Assembly: GCF_036321535.1 (NCBI RefSeq)
Contig: NC_087436.1
Location: 115,942,001 to 116,006,000, forward strand
Origin: Camelus dromedarius
Lineage: Eukaryota
Reading direction: 5' to 3'
Length of the DNA stretch: 64,000 nt
The first letter of the stretch is position 1. Every line of letters starts with the position of its first letter. Shown here in pieces: positions 24,901 to 36,255 of the stretch. Position numbers and translations under genes: made by a program. The notes under the pieces were generated by a model. It was not told the DNA's origin. It did not search any database and saw only the letters and a program-made list of their open reading frames with translations.

Positions 24901-25289
24901 CTTCTATAATTGGGAGGGATGGTGCAACTGCTGTCTGCCAGAAGGGACATGGCGTCCATCTGAAACTAACCATGTGAAAGACTGATGTCCAAGGAAGAGC
25001 TGGGCTGCAGCTCTGCAGAGAGCAGTGGGGCGTCAGGTGCATTGTGCAGATGCTACCCCTCCACTTATACAACCAGTCCATTTGTGCCTTCAGGAATTCT
25101 CCACTCCAAGTTAAGAATAACATCTCTCATTTCGACAAATCCCCTCCTGTTTGGGGACAGGAAAATAAAGAAAAGAAACTTCCTAGAAGTGAGAGAAACA
25201 CAGCTTTCAGATCAATAGAAGAAAGGACTTTTGATAGTCAGGGTTGATAAATGGAAACACAAGGATCGATGTTGCTGTTTCCTTGAGGG

Positions 25290-25450
25290 CAAGGGTCAAT
25301 GCCAGGTCTACTGCTCACTAGCTTTAAGGCCCTGGACAAGTCCCAGAAGATTCCTGAGCTAATTTTTTCTCATCTGTAAATTAGTTCATGATACTTATTT
25401 CAAAAGTGTGCTGGAACTAAATAAGACATGGAAAAGGCATTGAATGCCTC
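25290..25450 (+). mobile_element. MIR SINE
   Basis: 'gctcactagctttaaggccctggacaagtc…ttttctcatctgtaaa'. Confidence 0.65.
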
Positions 25451-25519
25451 GATTACCATCCATAGAATGCTTCTACTCTTCCTCTTCAAGAAGGATTGAT
25501 AGTTTCCAGAATTTTGTCC

Positions 25520-25790
25520 CCTCACCTTCATGCCCTCCTTTTCATAAGCTCCCTCTGAGCAATTCCATTGCTTTTTCATATTCCTTGTCTCCAGCCTTGA
25601 ACTTGAAAACCGCATATTCCAATGCCAATGAGACTTCTCTATTTGAGTACCCCAAAGGGCTTCAAACTTGAAATATCATTATGTGAACACATCATTTTCA
25701 TTCTTCCTTTTTCTACCCCCATAGCTCAATCTTAAGAATGGCAAAACCATCAGCCCAATTCTGATCTTAGAATCATGGGATTATTCATGG
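25520..25790 (+). mobile_element. L2 LINE fragment
   Basis: 'gtctccagccttgaac…gcatattccaatgcc…ttcaaacttgaaatatc…aatggcaaaaccatcagccca'. Confidence 0.5.
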
Positions 25791-25884
25791 GGGTAGAATC
25801 ATGGGATTTCCAATGTTTATACCTCCTACAACAGAATATCCAGCCTAGGTAAGCCTGAATACCTCCAATGATAGGAAACACTGA

Positions 25885-26194
25885 CATTCTGTTCTGGAAG
25901 CTGGGAAGTTCAAGATCAAGGTGCCATCTTGTTTGGGTTTTTGGTGAAGATCCTCATCCTGGCTTCCAGACAGTCCCTTTCTCAGTCCCCTTCTTTCTCA
26001 CATGGTGAAGAGAGAGAGAGCTCTGGTCTCTTCTTCTTTATGAAATCGTTAATCTATCATGAGGCACCCACCCTTATGAGTTCATCTACACTTAATTACC
26101 TCTCAAAGTGTCTATCTCCTAAAGCTATTACATTGGAGGTTACGGCTTCACTATATGATTTTGAGGGGAGGATACAAACATTCAGTCCATAACA
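25885..26194 (-). mobile_element. MaLR LTR (MLT1A-like), partial
   Basis: 'gttctggaagctgggaagttcaagatcaaggtgcc…taattacctctcaaag…aaacattcagtccataaca'. Confidence 0.85.
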
Positions 26195-26569
26195 ATCACT
26201 TTCTCATAGACTGTTGAGAAGAATAAGCACAAAGCAGGTTCCTGAAGTGAGAAAAAATATCTGAGACTGTCTCTTCACCCAGTGAAATCATGGATCCCAA
26301 AAAGCTTACAGACTGTTGGTGTCCAAGTAGAACACAGGGGCCAGAGAGTCAGACAAAGAGAGTCCAGTAGCGCTTGGTGGAATATTTGGAAAAGAAGATG
26401 GTGCTTGCTACAGAGTTTAGAGAAACTCCTGTGACATTGGGAGTATGAACCACAATGGTAAATACAGGTTCCTATGATGACGAAAAGTAGGCTCCCCATT
26501 CCTACTCTGTAAAATAATAACAATTGAATTTAATTATAGTAATAAGAATAATAATTTATAACTAACAAT

Positions 26570-26810
26570 CATCATCATAATTCTCATTTATTAAGTGTTT
26601 AGAATGTGTCCAACACTATAGAAAAGACTTTCTATGCATGATGTTATTAACTTCATGGGCATTCTGTTAGGGGAGGGTCATCCTTAACTCATTTCACAGA
26701 AGGAAAAACAAAACCTCCCTAAGGCTAAGGAACTGATGTTATTTTCAGTTAATGGCAGGGCCAGAGTAGGAACTAGTTTTTGCTGAGTCTGGAGCCCCCA
26801 CTTTCCCCAC
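26570..26810 (-). mobile_element. MIR SINE
   Basis: 'catttattaagtgtttagaatgtgtccaacact…ctcatttcacagaaggaaaaac…aatggcagggccagag'. Confidence 0.65.
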
Positions 26811-27149
26811 CAAACTCAATGCCTCTCCCAGGAGGCGGGGTTCGAGCACCTCCCGTGACTCAGCCGCCTGCTTTCCGGTCCACTGTGTTGGTAGGACTGC
26901 TGTCTCCCTGTTTCCTGCATCTGCTTCTTCCTAGAGCTCCCTCAGCCATTCAGTTTCCCAGGCATGGCTGGTCTCCAGCAAAGGTGTCCCTTCCCCCTAT
27001 CCTGTCCCCTGCCAAAGCTCATGGGGCTGCAAGAATTCTGAGTTGCTGTTATGCTCTCTGATTATTGCTGCTCCAGAAAGAAAAACAAACAAAAACAAAA
27101 CAAAAGGAAACAAACAAACAGCCTTGTATGTTTTGACAATTCAAGCTCA

Positions 27150-27535
27150 ATGTTTGAGCTGCATTCTACCCCCTCCCGCAATTCCTATGTTGCAATCCTA
27201 GTTTGTAGCATGTCAGAATGTGACTGTATTTGGAGATAAGGTCATTAAATAGGTAATTAACTTAAAATGAGGGTATATGGAAAGGCCCTAATCTAACATC
27301 ACTGCTGTTCTTATAAAGAGAGAAGATTAGGTTGCAGACACAAAGAATACCATGTGGAGAGACAGGGAAAAGATGGCCATCTACAAGGCAACGAGAAAGA
27401 CTTCAGGAGAAACCAATTCTGTTGATACCTTGATCTTGAACTTGTAGCCTTCAGAACTGTGAGAGGATACATTTCTGTTGACTGAGCCACTCGGTTTGTG
27501 GGTATTCTGTTAGGGTAGTCCCAGCAGCTAATACA
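27150..27535 (+). mobile_element. MaLR solo LTR (MLT1B-like)
   Basis: 'cagaatgtgactgtatttggagataaggtc…aagatggccatctacaag…ccttgatcttgaacttgtagccttcagaactgtgag…ctaataca'. Confidence 0.88.
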
Positions 27536-27789
27536 GCCTGGATCTCCCATAATCATTAAATTCCGTTTAACAACAGAGCTAGTCTGTAACAGCTGTGAAC
27601 TTTTTAGTGGCTTATTGTACTCAGTTCAACTGAAATATAAGTAACCCATTCACGTAGGTACTAGGGTAGCTTCAAGGGAACACATAAAAGTGCAGTGAGG
27701 CTTCGGATCTGAAGGTGAACCAAAGTACACAAGGGAGGTGAGGTCAAGATGAGGACTCCTCTGGAAAGGCTCACATTTTGTGTAAGTAG

Positions 27790-27975
27790 CATCTGCCTTC
27801 TTTGCACCAAGCACTATTCTAAGTACTCAACATGCACCATCTCATCCAGCTCTTACTTTAAAGACAAGGAAACTGAGGCACAGCAAGGAAAGTAGGAAGT
27901 GACATACGCCTGGTGATATCCCATTTACACTCAGAAACCCAGTTTTAGCCAAGACGCCAAGTGTCCCCAAAACCA
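27790..27975 (-). mobile_element. MIR SINE
   Basis: 'gcaccaagcactattctaagtact…aaggaaactgaggcacag'. Confidence 0.7.
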
Positions 27976-28680
27976 CATGATGGACGCAGAGTTTTGCACG
28001 AGTGATTGCAGTACAGCTGAAGTTCTGCCTTGCAGGATCTGAGGAGGACTCAGGATGAGTGTAGTTTACAGTCAAGGCTTATTTTGATTGAAATACAAAG
28101 AGAAAGGGCATTTCTTTGAGCCAAAACACAGAGAGGACTCCCATGCAGGGCCCTTTCAGGGAATGTTCTGCATCCGGGGGGCTGGCTTGGACAGTGAGAT
28201 GGGAAAGCGTCAAAAGAGTGACGTGGCTAAAATGTGAAGATTCACTTCCCTCAGCTCCTCTGCCTGAGCATTTGCCCTTATCGCCTGTCCTGTGACCCAG
28301 CTGAGCAGGATTTAGACCCAGTATCTGCTCCCCTGCCTGCCGAGTGACTTGGCCTGTAGCTTTTGCTCTCCTGGCCTTTATCTGAGGACCTGTGCTCCAT
28401 GACTTGCTTTCAGCTTTCCCTAGTGAGCACCTTAAATTCTGTTGGGGTCTCCACTCTCCTCCTAATGCTCCAATCCACAGGTCTGAATTAAACTGTACCC
28501 ACGTCTCAGAGGAGGATATTGTCCTACTGTCATTTTGACAAAGACGTTTGATGCAAGAGGTAATTTGGTGTGGTCTTTATTTATAATGATGCTCTTAGCT
28601 TCACTGCAGCACTGGTGAGGCTCTCAGGTGGGATTAAGGATGGGGGAAAGTGAGGAGAGTTTCCAGAGGTAGGTTGGGGG

Positions 28681-28726
28681 TGAAAGATGGATTTCGGGTG
28701 AAATGAAAGATGGATTTGGGGTGAAA
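28681..28726 (+). repeat. 23-bp tandem duplication
   Basis: TGAAAGATGGATTTCGGGTGAAA then TGAAAGATGGATTTGGGGTGAAA (1 mismatch). Confidence 0.9.
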
Positions 28727-29384
28727 TGGCTGCCAGGAAGTCTACTGGGTATAACAGTAATTACTATCTTTGAAATTCTAAGTGTCTAAGGGTTTTTTTT
28801 AAGGCTAAATCACAGTATCCTTCCATGATGATGCCTTCATTAATACCCTTTGCAGTTTCCTTCTGTTTGGGTGTCTGGTGACCACTTGCCTGTATAACCC
28901 TAGTCTTTTTTCACTCATACTCTGGCTACAGCACTATCAAGGTCACCTCTCAATTTAGGAAACTGTATCCAGAAAATACCATTTTAGAAGTCTGACTTTT
29001 AACAGCTATCTGAAGCCGAAACCATTCCCATGAGTGGTGACTTACGACTCTTGAGTTCCGGTTCTCACACGCACCCTTGGACAGGAAGATGGCTCATCGG
29101 TACCAGGGTGTTGTCTTTGAACTGTAGGAGGAAAGCAATGACTAACTAACTAGCTAACCAGATACTTCCTTCTCATGAGGCCACTTCCTGGTGCATTCCA
29201 GCTCTCGTACCTCTGCAGAGAATGTGATACCCACCAACGAGAAGTCCTGAGCACCTCGCCTTGAGGCTTTCTAAAATAAACGTAATCCTGTGCCGTAGAA
29301 TTAGCTTTGTCTCATCTATTCCATAACCACATTTTGTATTTCTTCTTGCCTCACCCATATCTGTACTGAAGTCATTCAGTTTGG

Positions 29385-29620
29385 GGGCAGCCTGGAGCAA
29401 TGGTATAAGCCAGGTTTCTAGACAGACCTGGGGTCTGTCCAGGGTGATTACTTGCTATGGGATTCTGGTACGTCCCTTAGGCTTGCTGAGTCTCCATTTT
29501 CTCATTGCAAAATGCTATTCACTATACAGACTTCACAGGGTGATTGGGCGTGTTAGATGAGATTATGCAGGTAGAATCCTTAGGGTAATGTTTCAACACA
29601 CGACCGTGGCTCTGAAATGA
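29385..29620 (+). mobile_element. MIR SINE, near full length
   Basis: 'ggcagcctggagcaatggt…gacagacctggggt…ctgagtctccattttctcattgcaaaatg…cttcacagggtgattg'. Confidence 0.7.
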
Positions 29621-29729
29621 GTAATAGGAGATTTTAGCCTAAAATGGATATCAAGAGAACTAATGCAACATTAGGGCACATATGGAAATAAGGTGACCAG
29701 GGAAATAAAACAATGAGAGCTATAGCTAA

Positions 29730-30040
29730 ATGCAAGCTGGTCTGATCAGACACAGATTCCGGTGCTACCTCCAAGAATCACAAATGATGTTGGCAAGCAG
29801 AAGCATGGTCAGAGGAGAATGACTGAAATTGTGGAGGGTTTAGAAATGAAAATAAATAATGTTTGTAAAAAACCTCAGATGGTTCACCTGGAGAAGACAG
29901 AACTAGGGAGCAAAGGAATGTAGTCATAAGATACAGGAAGTACCACCATAGAGACTGAAGGAAGAGCTGGGTTCAATGGGTAAGAAACACAGAAGAACAG
30001 ATTACAGCTCAAAACAGAAAAGGATCTTCCTAATTTGATG
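29730..30040 (+). mobile_element. CR1/L3 LINE relic
   Basis: 'gaagcatggtcagaggagaatgactgaaattgtggagggtttagaaa…gatggttcacctggagaagacagaactaggg' resembles the CR1/L3 ORF2 3' region. Confidence 0.6.
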
Positions 30041-30289
30041 GTCCTTGTTAATCCATAACAAAGGCTTATAGCCCAAGATTTTCTCTTATACTATTGAGTT
30101 ATGCATCTACATATTTTACTTTTTACTCAGCAAAATTATTCCCGGATAGCTGTATATACCTCAAAAGTGGTTATGAATCATCTTTCATCATTGACCTACA
30201 TTAATCTGCTGAGAAGGCTCTAAATAATTCAGCTCTGATTTTCCTGGGACAAGGTTCAATGAGCCAGGTGCTTTATCACCCAACACCAA

Positions 30290-31471
30290 TATCTCCTCAT
30301 TTTGTCCACTCAAGGATGTAACCATCAAATTTTCCCTTTCTTTTGTGCATCATCAATTTCTTTATTCTAGATCAGTCTGATTAAAATTGTGTACTTTTTT
30401 TCCATTCAAAAATTAATACCCTCATTGGATTCTACATCTTAAACTCCAGTCATCACCCCATTTCTCTGTCCTCATTTACAGTTAAATTTTCAATAAGTGG
30501 TCAACATTCACCCTCTCCAAATCTTTCCTCCTGTTCGCTCTTGAACTCAATCTACCATTTTGATCTCCTCACTCTCCACAGATAATTACTCCTGTTTATT
30601 TCTCCAGGATTCTCTGTGTTGCTAATTCAATGTGCAACTCTCAGTCCATCTGACTTGACTTACCAGCACTTAAAACATTAGATTCCTCCTTCCTTCTGGT
30701 CATATTCTCTTCATCTCACTTCCAGGACACCACACTCTCTTGGTTTCCTTCTGGGCAGTCTCTTTACAGTCGACTTAACTTGTTCTACCTCATTCTCAAG
30801 ACATCTAAATGAGCCTCAGACCTTGCATTTCCTTCATCTGGACTTGCTTCCTAGGAGATGGCATCCAGATTTAGGGGTCCATGTGCCATCGCTGCTCTGG
30901 CAAATCTCAATGCACATCTCTAGCCAGGACCTCTCCCTGGACCCTTAACGTGTAGATCCAACTGCCGACTTGACATCACCACTTGGAGGCTAACGACGCA
31001 TTTCTCACCTGATGTATCTAGAGCTTGCTTCCTGCCATTTCCCACCCACCTCCCCATCTGTGCCCATTAAAACCTCTCGCACTCAGTGAATAGACTTTAT
31101 CTTTCCAGTTTCCAGCTGGCCAGCTCAGAAACTTCATGGACATTCTTAACTATTTTCTCTTCCCCTTAAGATGCTCTTTGCCTGACTGTTTTTAAGCTGG
31201 GACATAGGTCTTCATCTATACTTGGTCTGGAATTTATAACGTCTGCTTTTCTGGTTCTCAGGCCTCTAGACTTGGACTGGAACTTTAATATTCATTTTCC
31301 TAATTCTCAGGCCTTCAGACTCAGGTTGGAACTGTTTCACTGACTCTCATGGGCCTCCAAATTGCAGATGGCAGATCATGGGACTTTTTGGCTCCCATAA
31401 TCAATTGTGAGTCAATTCCTTATTCTGAATCCCTTAGATAGATGGATGGATGGAAGTTTAGATAGATAGAA

Positions 31472-31506
<35 letters not shown>

Positions 31507-32310
31507 TAGGCAGACCCTATTGTTTCTGTTTCCCTAGAAAACCCTAATTAATATAAAAAAAAATCAGTTTGTTCTTCCTTCTTCAAAAATCCATATTCTG
31601 ACAGTTTTTCACCACCTCCACTTCTTGACCCAAATCATCATGGTCTTTCTCAGGATTATCGCAAAAACTCCTAATTGTTCTTCTTTTCCTTTTTTCACAC
31701 AAAGCAAGAATGCCCTGCAGACAAAAATGAGAGTGAATATTTACAAAGGTAGAGCAGATCACATAACTTCCCAGCACCAGTCTTCCAAGAGGTTCCCATC
31801 ATTCAAAATAACAGCCAGATCCCTTAGAAGGAAACGTAAGCCCCACCACAAATGGCCCTGGGACCTCCCTGATCTCCACCATCCCCTTCCTCGCTCTTCT
31901 CCGGTTACGCTGCACCCTTGATGTTTTATGGACCCACCAAGAGAGCTCTTGTTTTGGCTTTTACATATACTTTCCCTTCTACCGGTTCTGCTGCTCTTTC
32001 CCATAGTTTCATGACTGTTTTTCATCTTCTTCGAGCCTTAACCAGAATGTCATTCACGCCTTCCCTGAACACCTTTGCAAACAGTCACACCTTCCCTGCC
32101 CAGCACTCACTAGCCCACTTCCCTCAATTTGTTTTTATTCATAGCACTGGCCACCATCTGGCATATTTTATTTTAGTTATTTATTTTTGTTTATCTTCTG
32201 TCTCTTTCCCATTAGATTACAACCTCAGTAAAGGAGGATTTTTTGTGCCCCCCTCTTTTTTTTTCTACTTCATCTTTTTCACTTAGAATAAGTCTAGATT
32301 AGAACAAATA
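30290..32310 (+). mobile_element. Long L2 fragment interrupted by an MLT2 LTR
   Basis: L2 motifs 'cttccaggacaccacactctcttggttt', 'ccaactgccgacttgacatcaccacttgga'; resumes after 31560 with 'ttcaccacctccact…'. Confidence 0.8.
31170..31555 (+). mobile_element. ERVL LTR (MLT2-like) 3' part with internal (GATA/GACA)n
   Basis: 'ttctcaggccttcagactcaggttggaact…ttgcagatggcagatcatgggactt…cctattgtttctgtttccctagaaaaccctaattaata'. Confidence 0.85.
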
Positions 32311-32319
32311 CTTCCAGCC

Positions 32320-32665
32320 ACATCTAAGGGGAAGGGGAGAGGGCAGCTATGGGGAGCCAGTGAAAGCTGAAGCTAGAGGAAAGGGCTTCCCACAGGAGCT
32401 GCTGTATTCCAAAGCGGGTCATGGTCACTATCAACCTGCTGCTGGGCAGAGAGGGAGCCACAGGAATAAATGTCCTTCGCCTCTCCTTCCTTTTACCTCC
32501 AATTGTTTTTGCTGGTGTATCCCATTGACCAAGTCCAGTGAGAAGTCAGAAAATAAGGAGCTGATCTGGTGCAGTCCACATAAGACTGTTTCCCAGGATA
32601 CCTGGCAGAGCAGACTGGGGTGGAGAGTGAATCCAGAGGGGTGAGCAGAATGCACCCCAAATGGA
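32320..32665 (-). mobile_element. ERVL LTR (LTR33-like)
   Basis: 'gctggtgtatcccattgaccaagtccagtgagaagtcag…gtgcagtccacataag…gggtggagagtgaatccagagggg'. Confidence 0.7.
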
Positions 32666-33599
32666 CCATAGCAATGAGGCAAAAAGAAAAGCAATGCCTT
32701 AATTTTAATTATAGAGCTCATTACTCATTTTTTTTTTTTTTTTTTTTTTTTACCTAAACAAATGCTAGGTGCTTCTGTGATGACAAGGACTTGTTGGGGG
32801 GTGGGAGGGGGCATTTGTCCAGGGTGTTGGTTTTTCTGCTGTCATTTTCCTTTTGCCGGTGTCTTTCCAACAAGAATGATGCTGGGGAATATGCGTTTGA
32901 CTTGGACGCTTGTTCCAAAAGGAATTGTGATGGCCTGCCTAAATGCACACAGTGCAACAAGTAGACAGAAATAGGTGTTGGAGACGTGCATGGTACTTAC
33001 ACAGAGAAGTGCTGAGAAAGGGAAGGCCTTTACTGAGTGTTTCTGAGGAGCAAATCTTGGGTGAATACTAGCATTTTGGCTTCCCTGTCTTTCCAAACAA
33101 CATCAACCCCTCTAAAAAGGAATCTCACTGCCCTAAGCATTTTTATTTAGATTGCAGTAAGCGGGGACCTGAAAGCGTGCACTCTGGTCCCTAATTATCC
33201 GAGGCTGGGTCAGAGCCGGGCTTCCCATGGCTCTGCCTTATCTGTAGCCCAGACTCACTGAGCCCCATTTGATGATAGTCTGTTAACCTAAAACAAATCC
33301 TAAACCTAAATTAAATGTTTAAACTAAACTACACCCAGCATTTCTTCAGCCTCACATCCCTCTTACTAAATAGTTTTTAAGAAACACTATCACTGATAAA
33401 ATCATTTACTCAAGATCCTATTTTTCAAACTAGAGGTTGTAGGAATTTCTAAAATTTCTTTCTATGACTGAGTATTCATTCAGTCCTGTTCGCCTTGCCC
33501 GTGGATGCAGTGGGCATGAAAAAGCTCAAAGGAGAGAGGAATGTCTAAAACATTCTTTTGGAATCCATTTCCACCACTTTTGGTGGCAAATCCAACTTG

Positions 33600-33775
33600 G
33601 TAAATTTAGAGAAGTTAATAAACCTCTCTGGACTTTATATCTCATCTGTAAAATGGTAATAATGTTACAATGGTTTAGCTTATGGTGCTGTTACATAGGG
33701 ATTAAATGAGTTAACACTTTAAGTGTTTAGACTAAGACCTGGAACAAAGTAAGCACTAAATAAGTGATTGTTGAC
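33600..33775 (+). mobile_element. MIR SINE
   Basis: 'aacctctctggactttatatctcatctgtaaaatggtaataat…gattaaatgagttaa…gtaagcactaaataagtg'. Confidence 0.8.
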
Positions 33776-33984
33776 CAGGATAAACAGCCATCTTTGCAAC
33801 TTTCACTTTATACCTTTTTCTTACTGATTCTGCTTGAAAAATAAAAGTTTAGCATCAGCTTTCAGGAATAATATAGTATGTTATACAGGATATTTATATT
33901 ATGTTATATCATATTATAAGATTGCATTGCTTCCAGAGAATCAATTTTTAAAAATCTAATTTATAAAATAAACAAACTAGGAGG

Positions 33985-34938
33985 TATGGCAGGCAGAATA
34001 CTGTGCACTTCCCAAAGGTATTAGGTACTATCCATACCCTAAAGCCTGGAACCTGTGAATATGTTTCTTTACATGGCAAAAGGGCTTTAAAGATGTGACT
34101 AAATTACAATCTTGAAGTCGGGAGAGTAGCCTGGACTATCTAGGTGAACCAAGTCTAGTCCTTAAAAGGGGAGAACCTTTCCTAGCTGTGATTATTGTAT
34201 AGGAACATGGGGCATGAGAGAATGGCCGTGTCCCAGGCCTTGGGTGAGCCTCTGGGATGCACCCCACAAAGCGAGGGCCCTTGGCCTCCCACGGGAAGGA
34301 ATTCAAGAGCGAGCCATAGCTGGAGATTTTTTCAGAGATGCACACTCCATCGACAGAGTGTGGACCGCCACCAAAGGTGAGAGAGCGACTAAGAGGTGCA
34401 AGATGGTTAGTTTTTACGGACGTGGTAATATCATAGGCTACCAAGTGGGAGGGTTGTTCCAACTGCTTTGAAGAAGGAGCTGGGATTCCCAGGAATTGGG
34501 CCATCACTCATTTTTTGACCTTTCATGGTGCCTGTGGGAGGGCCATTTAACAGCTAATAGGTTACAAGGTGCCTGTAATGAAGCTCAAGGTCTACTGGGA
34601 GTTGAATCTTCCACCATCTTGGTGCTAATTACTGTGTCGTTCTTTTAATGGTTGTGCCCTGCCACCTTCCCTCCTGACAGTCAAAGGAAGAATGACCCAT
34701 ACAAAAGAATGGTCAGAAAAATAAAACATTTTGCCTTTGAAGGAAGAAAAAGAGGGCCATGAGCCTAGAAATGTGTGTGGCTTCCAAAAGCTAGAAAAGG
34801 CAAGGGAACAGGTTCCCAGACATCTTGACTTTAGTTCAGTGAGACTTAACGTCAGACTTCTGAACCATAACTGTAAGACAACACACATGTAATACCAAGT
34901 TTATAGCAATTTGTTCTGGCAGCAAAAAAACTAATACA
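33985..34938 (+). mobile_element. MaLR LTR (MLT1D-like) split by an ERV1-type LTR
   Basis: 5' half 'cctggaacctgtgaatatgtttctttacatggcaaaaggg' to 34190; 3' half 'gggccatgagcctagaaatg…gctagaaaaggcaaggg…ctaataca' from 34680. Confidence 0.88.
34196..34679 (-). mobile_element. ERV1-type solo LTR nested in MLT1D
   Basis: TG…CA termini; shares long blocks with 34986-35533 (gaattcaagagcgagcca, catggtgcctgtggg, taatgaagctcaaggtctactgg, tgtgccctgcc). Confidence 0.8.
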
Positions 34939-34985
34939 GATGAGGCTTGACTGATCAAGAGATTCTCACTTTGTATAATGTCCAA

Positions 34986-35533
34986 TGATGCAGGAAAAAT
35001 GGATGTGGGGCGGGAGCAGGGCCGCGTGCCAGGCTTCGGTTGATCCCCTGGGATGCGCCCCGCCAAGTGTGTGGGTCCTTGGCTTCGCGCAGGAAAGAAT
35101 TCAAGAGCGAGCCACAGTTGAGTGAAGGTAGATTTATTCAGAGAGATACACTGAAAGGCAAGAGAAAGGCCACGAGGTGTGGGGGTTGGGTGCTCAGATT
35201 AGAGGTGGTGGGGTGGCAGCTGTGAGACACCGACCATGGGCTCAGTGAGTTCATATGCTAATAAGTGGAAGGACCAGTCTAACTAGTCTGGGGAAGTTGG
35301 CCACTCTTTGACCTTTTGTAGCTAGCTTTTGGACTGCCATGGTGCCTGTGGGCATGTTATTTACCATGCTAGTATATTACAGTGGGAGTATAATGAAGCT
35401 CAAGGTCTACTGGAAGTTAAATCTCCCACCATCTTGAGCCTCAAGGCCTCCTGGGGGTTGAATCTTTCACCATTTTGATGTTAATTGCTGTGGCCTTCCT
35501 TGAATGGCTGTGCCCTGCCCCCTTCCTGTCTCA
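34986..35533 (-). mobile_element. Younger ERV1-type solo LTR
   Basis: Minus strand begins TGAGACAGGAAGGGGGCAGGGCACAGCC and ends CCTGCATCA; AATAAA on minus at 35133-35138; many CpGs retained at 35005-35110. Confidence 0.85.
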
Positions 35534-35714
35534 CAAGCAGTATTTGTATATTGCTATTAATTTACTTTTACTGGGAGATGTCTGTGGATGTTGATTTTAG
35601 TGATGAGTGTGCCCTATTCAAACTTCACAGATCCTACAGAAGTAAGAAAGAGAAACACCACAGTATAGCCAAAAAACTGTGAATTTTGGCATTAGAGACA
35701 CCAACCCCGGACTT

Positions 35715-35860
35715 AACAGTTGCCAAATTTGCCAAATAATTTTTGAATATGAATATGTTCAATGCAATAATTGCAACAGACAAGTTGCAAAAAAAGAATC
35801 ATTTTTTAATCTGAAATTCAAATATAACTGAATATACTATATATTTTTTTCAGTAACATT
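35715..35860. mobile_element. MER53-like hAT MITE fragment
   Basis: 'gttgccaaatttgccaaataa…atctgaaattcaaatataactg'. Confidence 0.6.
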
Positions 35861-35909
35861 GTCTTGCTGGAGTCATAACTATCACAGATGTAAGTGGACC
35901 CTCCGTGAA

Positions 35910-36255
35910 AGTTTCAAATCAGGCTAATTATTGAACATCCTGTTAGAGCCTTTATAAATCCCGATGCCCAGACTGTGTGATTTAATGATAATTTAACCAT
36001 CGTCTCTGAGAGTAGGACGCACGCATGAGTATGTTTCAAGGTACTCAGGTGATTCTCAATGTGAAGGAAATAATTCAAACAGTCATTCTCCAACTATATT
36101 ATGTGTAAGCATCACTCAGGAGACTTAAAGAGATGCAAATTCCTGGTTGCATCCCGAAAGATTCTGATTCAGTAGGCTTGCAGGAGGATTCAGGAGTTTC
36201 TGTTTAGCAAGCACCCCAAATGATTCTGATGAAAGATCTGTGACTCTCACTGCAA
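35910..36255. mobile_element. Two adjacent MER5-type MITEs
   Basis: 'aaatcccgatgcccag…tcaggtgattctcaatgtg' and 'atgcaaattcctgg…agattctgattcagtaggcttg…agcaagcaccccaaatgattctgatg'. Confidence 0.7.

Noticed and set aside
34196..35533. Collapsed provirus (5' and 3' LTR pair)
   Set aside because: LTRs are too different, the spacer is MLT1D sequence, and there is no PBS/PPT or shared outer TSD.
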